The notes beneath the pieces were generated by a model. It searched no databases. It had not been told where the DNA came from and saw only the letters and a list, made by a program, of their open reading frames with translations. A DNA stretch of 64,000 nucleotides from Octopus bimaculoides (taxonomy: Eukaryota). Below, piece by piece: positions 37,636 through 52,045 of this stretch; the first letter of the stretch is position 1; each line of letters starts with the position of its first letter. The stretch lies in contig NC_068981.1 of the NCBI RefSeq assembly GCF_001194135.2, positions 148,435,664-148,499,663 of the forward strand. Reading direction: 5' to 3'. The translations under genes and the position numbers were made by a program.

Positions 37636-38367
37636 GTATATGTATATGTATACATACATACATATATATGGAAAATAAACTTAATTCATTTCATATGGGT
37701 AGAAATATAGAAAATATAGAAAAAATGTTGAAAATGCAGTGGGATTCACTTTTTATTAATAGATTTTTAAAGACGTAATCGGTTTCACAGATTTCTTTGA
37801 TTTTCAAAAGTTGTGATAGAAAGATGTGGAACTATGCTGCAACTATTTATTGTTCTATACGATAGTGTCTGTTTGATTGTTTGTTAGTCCGGCAAGATGA
37901 AAGTAAAGACAGCAAAAACTGTAGGAGTTGTCTCACCCTGGTTCAGATTCGAAACTGAATCTTTAAATTCTCCTTGGGCATACGGCCTATTCAAACGTCA
38001 AAGGGATCCATGACAAATGGGTGTTCCACTTGACCTGTGGCCCTTTCACTGCCATCGCACAGTCACCTGGATTCGGTAAAGCTATTGTTCTATATGATAT
38101 AGCTATTTTTCTAGCTTGTTGGTTCAGATATAAATATACAAACTTCTTTGAGATAGGCAGAGAGACAATTCACATCAACAACATGCATTCCAACTTACAG
38201 ATCTGTTTCGCTTCAACTACTGACTGCTACAGTTAAACTTCTCTATCACACAACGCCTTGTTTTGCATTCCTGTAATATAGCGTCGGAAATTCAACGCTA
38301 ACACTGTCAGGACACAGCATTTGTAATTTGATTTGACTATTAAACACTGATATTCCTTATCAAAAAA

Positions 38368-40510
38368 ATGTCTCCTAAAAAACGAGCGTCAAAAACGAAT
38401 ACTAAAGTGACGCACGACGTGCAGCAGAAAACGAAGATGAGAGACGCCCATGGCTTGCAGATGATCGACAGAAAAAAAAAAAGAAATCTCGACATATATC
38501 TGAAACTGAACATCAAAGAAATGCACGACTTGCAGACAGCCAACGAAGAATGGCAGCTCGACGTGCAGCAGAAAACGAAGACGAAAGAAATGCACGACTT
38601 GCAGTTGATCGTCTTCGAAGAGCATCACATCGCATGCAAGAAACACCACAAGAAACGGTAAATAGACATGAAAATGACCGAACCAGGCACAGCGATGGTA
38701 GGTCACGTCAGCAATGGCATCTTGCCGCTTTCAATTACAACCTCAATCATTGCTTTGAATCTAAAATTGGCTCGATGTCTCGCCAGTGCTATTATTGTAT
38801 TATTATCTAAAAATGGTTAAATGAACCACCTGGTATGAACCACCTGGTGCAGGAGAGACAAAATTATGCTACCTTTTTTTCCTTATCCTCCTGAAAAAGT
38901 GAAAAATTTTCTTCATGGAACTTCCTCCCTTTCAAAGCATTTTCTACAAAAAATACAACACTATAATAATGCTTTCCAAATGACTACATGCCTACATTCA
39001 AAATCCATTAGAAAACGAAGACCATTAATTTTTGCAAGTTTATTTCATTAACAATATGCAAAGCAAGCTGAAACAAGGTATAATCTTAATAAAGGGCTTC
39101 ACTTTGACAGAATACAACAGCTTTAACAAATGTTTCATAACAATAATAATTATACCAGGAGTTTCAATTGTACCCTTGATAATACACAAAGCAGAAATTT
39201 TCAATTGGTGATCAATTCTGATTGAAGGCCCCCAAAAGAACATTCACGGCGTTTCAATGCACCAGAGACTAATGAAGTTGCTATAATTTTAGCAGATGAA
39301 CAAACTGGAAAACAGGATATAATTATAAAGTGTAGAGAATGTCCCGTTCAACGGGTAAGTGATACACATCGCTCCTATGATGCTCTACAGCAGGGGTTTT
39401 CAAACTTTTTGACTTGCGGACCCCTTTATATTTCAGGCTTTACCTTAGGGACCCCCTTATAAACGCTTATGAAATTTATACATAAATATTTGCTTAAAAT
39501 AACATATTTTTACATTTATTTATTTAACAGTATTTACCAAATAGGTTTATTGTCAATTAAAAGATTTCGATTAAAAAACATATATAAAATCAAATTGCCC
39601 ATAAAAAGTATTTGCTGTCCACGGACCCCCTGTCTTGTCCTTGCGGACCCCCTGTGGTCCGCGGACCACAGTTTGAAAACCCCTGCTCTACAGTACCCGT
39701 TGCTTTTCCCATATGGAACAGATGGATATCACTTTGGTATTCCTCAGGCAGGAGAAAATTCTAGAAAAACTGTATCGCGTATGGATTTTTATGCATTTCA
39801 TCTTATGCTTAGACCCTTCAGTTTTTGAAACTCGGTGAAGGGAGAGTTGCAATTGATGAAGAACAGTTTCTTACACTCAATCCAATATGTAATTCAGCTG
39901 ATTCTGCCGATGATGTTGCTGAAGTCTTTCTGAATCTTCTTCATAATTACAACAATACATACTAGATCTGTGAGTGAGCTATTCTGGCTCCAAAAAATGT
40001 TGCTGTAAATAGAATTAATAATATGCTATTGAATAAACTTCCAGAAGTATTCACATGTAACTCAATTGTCAGTGTTGTTGATGATCAGGATAGTGTTAAC
40101 TACCCCATCGAATTTTTGAACTCACTAGAGTCACCAGGTCCACCTCTTTGTTTTCAGCTGAAAAAAGGGACTCCTATTATGTTATTGCGTAATTTGTCTC
40201 AACCAAAATTACGCAGTGATACAAGACTAATTGTACACTGACTTATGAGGAACTGCATTGAGGCAAATATTCTCACTGGTTGTGATAAATGTGAGACCGT
40301 CTTCATTCCTCGTATACCTCGTTATACGATCTAATGTCTCATTCTAATTTAAACGGTTATAGTTTTCTATCCGAGTTTCTTTTGCCATGAGCATTAATAT
40401 AAGTCAGGGCCAAACACTAAAAGTTGCTGGATTGCAACTTGAAGAACCATGTTTTTCTCATGACTAGCTTTATGTAGAAGCAGCACGTGTGGGAGCAAAA
40501 GCAAATCTTT
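38368..40510 (+). mobile_element. Decayed Helitron (Rep N-terminus and Pif1-type helicase C-terminus)
   Basis: AAFNY...IGSMSRQCYYC; LPFFPYPPE...FLQKIQHYNNAFQMT; RRFNAPETNEVAII...THRSYDALQ/YPLLFPYGTDGYH; YPIEFLNSL...GTPIMLLRNL; FAMSINISQGQTLKVAGLQLEEPCFSH. Confidence 0.93.
39391..39685. mobile_element. hAT-type MITE nested in the Helitron
   Basis: Perfect 16-bp TIR CAGGGGTTTTCAAACT; 8-bp TSD CTCTACAG at 39383-39390 and 39686-39693. Confidence 0.95.
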
Positions 40511-40851
40511 TTGCTTAGGTATCCCAAAATAAAACAAAAAAAACAAACAAACCAAAAACCCCAAAAAATATTCTTTATAAAGAAATATTTACTCTTAATG
40601 CAACATGAATACTTCAATAACTTAATTTGCCATTACTATCATTACATTCAAGAATGAGTAAATTACTTATCTAAATGAAGTGTATTATATAATTGCCGTT
40701 AGTGAATTGATAAATAAAAAACACATACAACTCACTTATTATTGTCATATAATAAACAAACAGAAGTTCGTGTATGAAACTGATCTTTTTCTACTTCAAT
40801 TATTACGTTGTTCTCTTATAAAATACACACATACAGGAGGAGTAAATTATA

Positions 40852-41042
40852 CAGTAATCCCTCGATTATCGCAGGTGTTATGTTCCAAAAGCCCGCGCGA
40901 AGTAGAAACAGTATTGTACTGTACATTTTTTTATTATTTTTATATTTGTATATATTTATTTTATTATAAATGCAAGACAACACCACAGAGGAATCGTCGT
41001 AAACTCAAATAATAAACCGTGATAGGCGAACTGCGATTACTG
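40852..41042. mobile_element. Tigger/pogo-type MITE remnant
   Basis: TA-CAGTAATCCCTCGATTATCGC ... GCGATTACTG-TA. Confidence 0.75.
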
Positions 41043-42289
41043 TATATAATAATACTTTGAATGTGGTTCCCGAGAAAGAGTAAAGGTAATTACCTGATCA
41101 ACGACGGGTATTATATATATACATATACGTACGTGAAGAAGACTATGATGTCAAATGACTCCTTCACTCGTTTAAGACAGTTAAGTGATGATCCTCAACT
41201 ATTTTTGATTTCGTCGTGCGGTGGAGATTAAGTTAAAAAAAAAGATCACTTGTTCACTTCGCAAGGAAACTTTCGGGAAATAAATATATAGAAAACAATT
41301 TGCTTACCTAGTTATGCTTATGATATTTGAATGATAATAAAATTATAAATAATTTGTTTTTCAAGTCACCTTAATATTATATTTTGAAGAAAACTGGTGT
41401 ACTGATTGAGGATCAACTGCGATAAGATGTGTTGTACATTTGGTTCTATTACTTACCAGTCAAATGACACTGTACAGCTTCCTTGTTGATTCGCATATTT
41501 GTTTCCTCGTTCACTGACTTAGATTAAATTTCCCCAGTCAAAGTACAAGATAGGCTCCCCGATTCTGGTTACTATCATATTTAATTTCATGATCAGTAGA
41601 TGAAAGTGGGAATAACGCCACTATTGGGAAATGTCCAGCCTCGCCCATCGCTTTTATTTAGCCCAAGGTCATATCTGAATGGTCACACATGTAATCAAAT
41701 GTGTTCCAATCATGATCATACCATCGTTCCTTCAGACCTTACGCTTACAGGACAACATTATTCAACGTGTCCTTGTTTGTTTTTTAAGATAGTTGGGTAT
41801 GGTGACATGAGTTTCGTACCTATTTCTAACAAGTTAGGTGACGACACCGAAGTTCCCTTATGTTTTTCTGGGTGTCTGTAAATAAAATATGCACCGGTCA
41901 TTATTTGTCACTCAAAAGCTACCGATAAAAAATTTTGTCGCTTACAATAAATAGTTTTTGAAAAAAAATTACATAAATAAAAAGTAAAAAACAACAAAAA
42001 AACGTTGTGACAGTTAGTCACTATGACGACTTTGACACGATTAAGTAGTTTTACTTCCTGCCATTGAAGTCTAACTTACAAACTAATACCATTCTCAGTT
42101 ACTCCTCGTCTCTCTCTCTTTCTCTCCCTCCCCCTCTCTCTCTCTTTCTCCCCCTCTCCCCCCCATACACAGTGTGTACGCACATACATGCATGCAGAGG
42201 CATGTAAATATAGGCGTGCGTGTGTTTGTATACATACATAAATGTTACGGTGTTATAGCTCAATTGATTAGGAAGAGAATTAAACTAGG

Positions 42290-42690
42290 CGAGAAACAGT
42301 TTATTTTTTGTACAAGGATGAAATACTATTGATGCCATCTTCCTTATGAGACACCAACAGGAAAAATAACCAGCCATAAGTAAATGTCTATCAGTAGACC
42401 GCCAGAAAGTCTTTGACAAGGTTTCACATTCTGTAATCTCATAGAGGCATATGAAATAACGCGTTTAAGAGTGACGAGTGAGAATTGCACAACCCCTGTA
42501 CAGAGGCAGACAGCACAGTTAGAGTTAAAATGTTAATAATGTATATCGATTAATTTAGTGTCAAAGTAACCTCATTTGTCAGTCTCCCTTTGTTCATTAT
42601 AGTTCCCCAAGCCATAACCAAGGAGTTTAAGACCGCCTGTTTTAGGAAACTCCTATATGCTGATGATTCAATTCTTTTGGTTGAATCTGT
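42290..42690 (+). mobile_element. RTE reverse transcriptase fragment (decayed)
   Basis: TIDAIFLMRH.QEK...DKVSHS and LFIIVPQAITKEFKTACFRKLLYADD. Confidence 0.8.
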
Positions 42691-43650
42691 GACTATTCTG
42701 TCATTTACTGGTATTACTTCGGCCAATGCTTTCTCTGCCAAACCGTTGATTACTAATCCTATCCCTCCTGCTGCAGCACCATTAGTACTTATCCATGCAC
42801 TTGTTATTATTAGTGTGCAGCCTTCAAGTCGCTCAATGAAAGTAAGATCTTCTTCATGCACTATCTTGTGTTCAACTACTCCAAGGATGCTTAGTTTGCA
42901 TTTGTCAAAGTTGTTAGCCATCTCCAGACGTTTCTCTCTTTCCTTAAATGTTCTTACATTGAGTGTTCCAATTTGCAGGTACTTTTTACTGTTCATAAGT
43001 TTGATTCCTCTGTTCTCGCCATCAGCTACTTCTCTTCCAGTTGGATTTAAAGAAGTACCTTCGTCAGTTTTTATGCGACTTGCTTGAACATCCGGAATGT
43101 CTGAGTCAGGGGTTCTAGCCCTGGTGCTGTTAACGCGTGGATTCGTAGGGCTTTCAATTGCGCATACTATAGGAGTCACAGGGTGCTGTTCCATGTGGTC
43201 CCGCAGTTTCCATCTAACTAGGAATATTAAGTTCTCATCCATTGTCTTGTATTCAAGATCCTCTGCTTAACATCCTGTTAGTTCAAAGCTACGAATCTGA
43301 TCTGTTAGGTCCTGCCGATAACCAAATTCACGCCCTGCTGTCGACGCTTCGATTTATTATCATTGAGGTTTACGCCTCTAATGGTTAAGGTTTTGTCTGT
43401 CTCCTACACTTCGATCTGTCTGGCCTGATATGATCTGCTTGAAGATTTCTCTTCCTACAGCATAGCTCTCTGGGTCAATGGAGCACACAGGCACTTCACC
43501 GCAACAAGGTACTTGTTGAATTGACCGTTGACTACACAGTAGTTCTTCCGCCCTTTGACGGGTCTTATTATTTATCCTGCATATGTCCGACAATTACCTT
43601 CCTCTCCAAATAAGCTTGATAGGGTTGTCAGTTTAATCGCCGACGACCCG
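42690..43650 (-). mobile_element. RTE LINE 5' part (5' UTR plus APE endonuclease N-terminus)
   Basis: LQIGTLNVRTF...LSILGVVEHK...GGIGLVI...VNDRIV. Confidence 0.88.
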
Positions 43651-43659
43651 ACCATGTGA

Positions 43660-43895
43660 CAGGTTGTACTGGGTTACATGTTACCAGTAGCGCTAAAGAG
43701 CGACATGTCAGTCAAGAGATTCAAGAAGAGGAACTGGATGAAATGATCTCCCAGGTCGAAAAAGCAAACGCAAAGAGTAAACACGGAGAAAGCTGGAGAC
43801 TGATTAACTCCATCACTGGTCGCAGAGCTGCAAAACAGGGAATCATCAAAGAGAAATCAAAGGATGAGCGAATCAAGAAGTGATACACTCATTTC
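43660..43895 (+). mobile_element. LINE ORF2 post-endonuclease fragment
   Basis: ELDEMISQVEKANAKSKHGESWRLINSITGRRAAKQGII. Confidence 0.7.
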
Positions 43896-43929
43896 TAATA
43901 AAAAAAAAGTTTTCCAATGTTTTATAAGT

Positions 43930-45078
43930 ACAAGGAATAGTTTTCATCAAAGTATGCACCCAAATTGTCAATACACTTTTGCCGTTTCAGCGGTGGCTTG
44001 CCTAGCCCGGAACTGTAAAAACCCGGCAATCTAGATTCAATAAAATCTTGGAAGGCCTGTGTTACAACATCGTTGGAATTAAATTGTTTCCTATCAACAA
44101 GTTATCCAAATTCTGGAAGAAGTGGTAGTCAGTGGGGGCAAGATCAGGTGAGTATGATGGATGATGGAGAACTTCCAGCTCCAATTCCTGTAGTTTCACC
44201 AATGTCATTTTTGCGATGTGTGGTCTGGTGTTGTCTTACAATAAAATAGGAGTAGATCTGTTGACTAATCTAGGCTGTTTTTGTAAGTTTCTGCATCATT
44301 TGGATCAGTTGGCTGCAGTATACTTCGGCCATGATTGATAAGCCAGGTTTAATGAAATCATAATGGATCACACCTGCGCCAGACCACCAAACATACACCA
44401 TCAGATTCTTTTGATGAATTTTGCTTTTTGGACTGTGTTTTGGTGGCTCTTCTTTATCCAAACGTTGTGCTGAACGTTTACGGTTGTTGTATTGGATTCA
44501 TTTCTCATCACATGTTACAATTCGATTCAAAAACGATTCATTTTTGTGACGAGAAAGTAGCATAATGCAGGCTTCCAATTGTTGCTGTTTCTGATTTCCA
44601 TTGAGTTCATGTGGAACCCACTTATCCAACTTTTTCACTTTACCGATTTGAACTAGGTGAGTCAATATTGTTTGCTTGCTAACACCAAACAACAACGATA
44701 ATTCACGGGCACTTTGAGATGGATTTGACTCGACGGTGGCTTTCAGTTCGTCATTATCCACCTTTGTTTCTGGTCGACCGCGCTGCTCATTTGTGAGGTC
44801 AAAGTTACTAGAACGAAATTTTGTAAACTAATTTGATACTGTCTGCTGTGTAAGAACATTAGAATGAAATACTCCATTAATATTCCGAGCTGTCTGTGAT
44901 GTTGTATTTCCAAGAAAGAACTCATATTTCAAAACTGTACGAATTTCCGACTTATCCATCTCTAAACAAAAACAGCAAAAAAAAAAAAAAGATTTATAAA
45001 TACTTTATAAAGCGCAAAATGAGTTAGGATAAAAACATAGATGTGTCAGCTTTCTAACAAAAAATAAAGATTGTCAAA
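43930..45078 (-). mobile_element. Near-complete decayed mariner
   Basis: MDKSEIRTVLKYEF...KKLDKWVPHEL...IVTCDEK...LMVYVWWSGAGVIHYDF. Confidence 0.93.
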
Positions 45079-46099
45079 ATATAATAATGGTGAAAATGAT
45101 CAGCAGTCAAAGTTTACCATATACCTTACTACAAATTTCATACTTGACGACCTAATACTTTGGAAGGATCCAGAAGTTGACAGTGAAACAGAAAATGAAG
45201 AATTAGCAAAGATACTTGACGGTTTGCAAATCGAGGATGGAGACTTCACAAAGCAAGATATAAGTGTGTGTGTGTGTGTGTTTACACACACACATACACA
45301 CACACTAACATGACTACTATAAAAAGAATAAGGCAAGTAATTACATAGATGTTTACATGTATATAATATGTATATATTCGGCATTACAATACAAAGTTGG
45401 TTTCCTGTTGTCGAGAACTGTATACGAAGTATGTTATGCAAAAACATGAAAGAAAGCGAAATAGTTCCGTATAGTGTCTAAGTTAGCTCTACTCAAGGAT
45501 TCAATACTTCAACTTTTTATAAACCCTAGCAAATCTAGAACCTTCGGATATATAGTTTGGTAGGAATTTACGCAACTTCTTTTAAAGTCTATTACCCTAA
45601 ATTATTATATATTGGCTGATGCTGATTAGTCAAGAACATTTACATGGGCGTTCATGCATTTCATAGCAATATAATTAGGTTCAAAGGGCTGATCCTGCTT
45701 TTTATCGAAATATAATCACGTCGTGGTTCGAAACTGGGAATATGAGCGAGGTGGTTCTAATCTAGCCGGAGCGTCGCTACAGGCTTTTGCATTTGAATAC
45801 AAAGTAGATTGTATGATGCCTGTATATATTGTAAGGGAATTGTACGTAGGTTTTGAATGGAATGGATTTGCGAACACTGGAAAGAAATGTAGCGAGTATG
45901 CTTCCCTGGATAAAAAAAATGTATCAGTATGTACGAACGACAGAGTACAAATGAGCAGAGAGAAAACCTGAGAAAAATCAGATGTAGTGTGCCATAAAGT
46001 AGATATGTGATGGATGTAGAAGAGGACAGGTGTATGAATAGAACGGAGTACGACTGTGTAATGGCAGTTATAAAAAGAGGAAACCGAGAAGACTTGGAA

Positions 46100-46484
46100 T
46101 ATACTCTTTTACTCTTTTACTCTTTTACTTGCTTCAGTCATTTGACTGTGGCCATGCTGGAGCACCGCCTTTAGTCGGGCAAAATCGACCCCAAGACTTA
46201 TTCTTTGGAAGCCTAGTACTTATTCTATCGGTCTCTTTTGCCGAACCGCTAAGTTACGGGGACGTACACACGCCAGCATCGGTTGTCGAGTGATGTTGNN
46301 NNNNNNNNNNNNNNNNNNNNNNNNNNNNNNNNNNNNNNNNNNNNNNNNNNNNNNNNNNNNNNNNNNNNNNNNNNNNNNNNNNNNNNNNNNNNNNNNNNNN
46401 NNNNNNNNNNNNNNNNNNNNNNNNNNNNNNNNNNNNNNNNNNNNNNNNNNNNNNNNNNNNNNNNNNNNNNNNNNNNNNNNNNNN

Positions 46485-46531
<47 letters not shown>

Positions 46532-46680
46532 CATATATACGACGGGCTTCTTTCAGTTTCCGTCTACCAAATCCACTCACAAGGCTTTGGTCGGCCCGAA
46601 GCTATAGTAGAAGACACTTGCCCAAGGTGCCACACAGTGGGACTGAACCCAGAACCATGTGGTTGGTAAGCAAGCTACAG
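46100..46680 (-). mobile_element. SINE family A (spans N gap)
   Basis: All modules present, CpG-intact. Confidence 0.92.
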
Positions 46681-47610
46681 ACCTTGCCATTATGCCTTGA
46701 TATTACGCTCTGCCATTGCTTTCTCTTCCATTACCCCTCCGAGCATTGTTTCCTTCTCTCTCCTCTTCCATGTTGTCGCTTTAATCACTTTTATCTAACA
46801 TTTCATGCTGTTACTTCATTTTTCGCTTTTCACTTATTATCTCTCTTCCTTCTACTCACTCCGTTAATCAAATTGACGGTTGCGAAGGGGGACAACATTG
46901 AACAGTCAGGATCCACTTTGTCTAGCAGGGTGGAAAATAACTACAATAGCATTGGTACCATGGAAAAATGCATCTAGTACACTCTGTGAAATAGTTGACG
47001 AATCGATAAAGACAATGAAAAGTCGGAAAGATCCATCAGCTTTGTCTTGTTGAGGAGGTGATAACTCCTCTAATGCTGGCTTCACGTTAAGATGCATCTA
47101 GTACATACGGAATATCGGTTATTATTAAGAAGGACTTCAAGCTGTAGAAACAAGGCAAAAGTTTGAGTGTACACTCGAGAAGTGGTCTCTTTTCCTTCTA
47201 GAAGGACTGTAACTCCAAATAAGAATAACTGTCTATAATAACTAATCAACCCCATACCAGCTTGGTATGATGAGGATGATGTATGTACGAATATATATGT
47301 ATGTAAGCTTAAATATAATACGTGGATATATAATATTATATATTATACATCCACATACATATTGTGCGTGTCTATATCTATATATATACATACATAAACA
47401 CACACACACATACATATATATNNNNNNNNNNNNNNNNNNNNNNNNNNNNNNNNNNNNNNNNNNNNNNNNNNNNNNNNNNNNNNNNNNNNNNNNNNNNNNN
47501 NNNNNNNNNNNNNNNNNNNNNNNNNNNNNNNNNNNNNNNNNNNNNNNNNNNNNNNNNNNNNNNNATATATATTTGTATATAGATATGGGTGTATACATAT
47601 ATATAGATAT

Positions 47611-47682
<72 letters not shown>

Positions 47683-48144
47683 GCGTGCATAAGAGCACTT
47701 ATTTCAAGCCTTCAAGCCGATTCCCAAACGTCACATTTTTCACAACACTCGAATCATATTTCCGTTAGAAATCTACATTATGCCAATATCATGCGTAATC
47801 ACCAGAACTATAGCTTCCTCTGTTAATGTTACCAGAACTAAGTACCAAATGCTGCAGAGCAGATGATAAGCCCCTACATAGCTGAGCTGATGACTCATTT
47901 TCCATTCCGTGATAGATGATATTTCTCTTCTTTTACAACACTAATAATAAACACCAACCCTAGTCAGAAAATAGAGACAGGCCCAATGATGGGATACAAA
48001 CCGATCTATCTCTTAGCGAGCGATTATGATACTGTTTCAAGCAGAAGGTTCTCGTATATGGTCCACAGTATTATTTTGAAAGGGTCGCAAAGACATATTC
48101 TTTTAGTTTTGAAATATTTGATAAAATCTAAAATACATAGGCAC

Positions 48145-48304
48145 AAGCTTGGCTGTGTGGTTAAGAAGTTCATTTCCCAACCACCTGGTTCCGGGTTCAG
48201 CTCCACTGCGTGGAACCTTTGTACGTTGAACAAATGTCTTCTACTATAGCCCCGGTTCGACCAAAGCCTTGTGAGTGGATTTGGCGGAAACTGAAAGAAG
48301 CCTG

Positions 48305-48392
<88 letters not shown>

Positions 48393-49532
48393 AGTGTTCA
48401 TTAAAGATTTTCCCCTGACCAACTTCCGATTATTGCAGGATAAGAAACTTGTAAATGTATAATTATACATGTCTTTACATGTCTCTACATGTCACATTGT
48501 TAGTTGCAGCTTTCCACTAATATTCGTTTGTCTTTTACTACTGCTGAAGTGGGCTAAAGTGTTATAATGGAGGAAGTTGAATGCAAATCAACATGAATGC
48601 AGTGATCAGGTTCTTAAAAGGTTGTACACCAAAAGATACTTTCGATGAGACGAGAGAAGTTTATGGTGACGATGCACCATCATACGACGGAGTCAAGCAC
48701 TGGCATCACCAGTTCAAATGTGATCGGATATCGGTAGAAACCGCTTCTATTCCTGGACTACGACATACCGCTATTGATGACGACACCATCCATAAAGTGG
48801 AAGCCGCCATAACTATTCGGCAACTATCCCAAGAAGTGAAGATAAGTGTAGGATCAGTAGAAAAAAATCATTGACGACCATTTGCACATGCGGTAATTGT
48901 CTGCACGATGGATTCCCCGGATGCTCACACCTTTTCAGAAGCAGGAACGAGTCAATTGCTCCCAGGATCTTTTGGCAATGTGCCAAAAAATCAAGGAGGA
49001 CTCTTTCGGCGGACTTAGCACACAGTCTAGTCGAAGCAACGGAAGCATGATAACTCACCACCTTCAAATAAGACTCCTGTCCAAACCTCAGCAGGCAAGG
49101 TGATGCTCGCAGTCCTTTGGGACCAGCACAGAGTAGTGATGATGGATTTTCTGGCAAAGGGCACCACAATTAACGTAGCATGTTATACTTCTCTACTGCA
49201 GAGAGGCGTGGCATGCTGACCAAAGGAGTTTGCTTCCTCCATTCACAATGCGCATGTTGCCCAGATTAAAGCACACTCCTGCGGCTATGAAATCCTTCTT
49301 CGCTCCCTTTACTCTCCTGACGTTGCACCATCTGACTTCCACCTCTTTCCCATCATGATGTCTTGTTTGAAAGGGAAGCACTTTTCGGATGATGATGAAT
49401 TTATTTCCGAGGTAAAGNNNNNNNNNNNNNNNNNNNNNNNNNNNNNNNNNNNNNNNNNNNNNNNNNNNNNNNNNNNNNNNNNNNNNNNNNNNNNNNNNNN
49501 NNNNNNNNNNNNNNNNNNNNNNNNNNNNNNNN

Positions 49533-49578
<46 letters not shown>

Positions 49579-49790
49579 TGTTTGCGCTTGTGTTTGTCCC
49601 TGATCACCGCTGGATAACACGCGTTTGTAAGATCATGTCCCTGTAACTTAGCGATTCGGCAAAAGAGAACGATAGAATAAGTACCAGACTTTAAAAAAAT
49701 ATGTACTGGTTTCGATCTGCTCAACTAAACCCTTCAAGGCCGTGTCCCAAGATGGCTGCAGTCCAATGTCTGAAACAAGTAAAAGGTGAA
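48145..49790 (+). mobile_element. SINE family A split by a mariner insertion
   Basis: Head/core at 48145-48305 and tail at ~49565-49790, with the mariner between the microsatellite halves. Confidence 0.75.
48384..49417 (+). mobile_element. Decayed mariner (3' end in N gap)
   Basis: TIR-like CGAGGGGAGTGTTCATTAAAG; SARWIPRMLT, AGKVMLAVLWD and SPDVAPSDFHLFP. Confidence 0.92.
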
Positions 49791-50574
49791 AAAAAGAAGA
49801 AACTATCGAATATGAAGTCTGCCCAATCGTGTTATTTATTTAAATATATATATTTTTAAAAGGGTTGCAAAGGATTATTGGATTAAAGGGGGAGATATAT
49901 AGTTCAATCCCAGTCAGTAGACCTGAGTCTCTCTGTAATATGAAACATCACTTTATGGTGAACATTTTATCGGTTAATTTATTCATGTTACTGATGTTTT
50001 TAGGAAAGGCATAAGCATCACAAATATCCGTTTCATCGACAAAGCTAATAAGAAAAATTATTTGCTTTTCTATCAAGTGAGAGTTGCTGAATAAGCAAAC
50101 TCTTGGAAAGCCGAGATTTTCTTGAATTTTAAGCCAACGGTTGAAAGAAGCTCACTTTATTTTAAACGTATTTTGCTTGGTTTAGCATGATAAGGAACTG
50201 CAGTGCATGGAAGACTGCTTATCAATGAAGCAAAAAAAGACATTCTGTGCATTGCACAACGTGCATATTTTACTACGTCTCAAATTGCAGCAGCTCTTTT
50301 TGGTCTCGTGTCAAAAAGACCTTTGCTAACTTTGCAGGGTAAAAAAAACTACTCGGTAGAGTTTGAGGATTTTTTCTTGTGTCGCTAGTATTCTTTACTC
50401 TTTCATTGTAGCTCCTTGCGAACCATTTACAGGCTTTGGCGTTATAATATTTGGTTGTGTAATGGATGAGGAATATGAAGAGATATGTTTAATAGAACGG
50501 TTTTGGTTGTCTCTTTCGGAGTTTCTGATGGGTCACAGAGGAAATACATTTCTGCTAAGCATAAGGGTAAAAAC

Positions 50575-50870
50575 CTCCTTCGGTCATGAATGACCATGAG
50601 ATTGAACCTACAAAGTTCCCCTTCGAGGCACAAGTCAGGGCAAGGTTGTTTGTGGAAAACTAGTAGTTGCCCATGCATACCAGCCTCAGCTCTTCACACC
50701 ACTGATGTTATCCAAGGGAAAGGTAAAGGCCAATACAGCTTGGCACCTCGCAACTCATTTCTACAGAGTCTTGCAAAAGTGTCTTGCTCAAGAACATAAT
50801 ACACAGCCTGATCCGGGAATCAAACTCACTACCTCATGATTGTAAGCCCGATGCTCTAACTAATCCATGC
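50575..50870 (-). mobile_element. SINE family C
   Basis: Matches 27705-28038. Confidence 0.85.
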
Positions 50871-51394
50871 GTGCAAAAATGGCAGAGCTGATTTGACGGG
50901 CCGTATCCGCCAAGAGGGCTGTGTCCTAGTAGGTTGGTTACTTACGGATAGTCATGTTTTGGCTGTGGTCAAACATTCTGATTGATTTAGAGACAATGAT
51001 AGATTGGAAGAGGCTAAGTTTGAAAGTAAGGAAGGAGATCAAATATGTTTGGAATATCTGTGTATTGGTCAGAATTAGGTGCAGGAATAATATTAATGTA
51101 TACGTGTTGAGAAAGATATTAGCAATGCTCTAAATTTCAAACAATCTCAGCCATATGGCAAACAATTCAACCTTATTTTTATTAGCTGTCGATCACCCTC
51201 ACAACGCATTCACACATCACACTTCGCCAACTCTTCAAAAGCCATTTTCCCCAAGGGACAGAATTACAGCGAGCAAAATTTTTAAAAAAGGAAAACTTCA
51301 ACCATTAATGTAGATTAATGCATGGCATATATTCAACAAAAAAAATGTGTGTGTGTGTGTGTGTGTATACACTCACACACACGTACACACAGAC

Positions 51395-52008
51395 ACACAT
51401 ATACACGTAATTGGGCTGCTGTCATGCTGGAGCATCGCTTTGTTGGGTTTAGTCAAACAGCTCGATTCCAGTACTTGTTTTAGAGTCTTGTACTTAGCTG
51501 TCAGTTTCTTTTGCCGAACTGTTAAGTTGTGGGGACACAAACAAACACCGGTTGTCAAACGGTCGTGGTACTCCGTCGGTTACGACGACGAGGGTTCCAG
51601 TTGATCTGATCAACGGAACAGCCTGCTCGTGAAATTAAAGTGCAAGTGGCTGAGCACTCCACAGATACGTGTACCTTTAACGTAGTTCTCGGGGAGATTC
51701 AGCGTGACACAGAGTGTGACAAGGCTGGCCCTTTGAAATACAGGTACAACAGAAACAGGAAGTAAGAGTGAGAGAAAGAGTTGTGGTGAAAGAGTACAGC
51801 AAGGTTCGCCACTAAACTCCTGCCGGAGCCTCGTGGAGCTTTAGGTGTTTTCGCTCAATAAACACTTACAACACCAGGTCTGGGAATCGAAACCGCGATC
51901 CTACGACCGTGAGTTCGCTGCCCTAACCACTGGGCCATTGCGCTTCCTGTCAAACGGTAGTGGTGGGACAAACACAGACACGTTCGCGCACAACACACAC
52001 ACACACAC

Positions 52009-52045
<37 letters not shown>

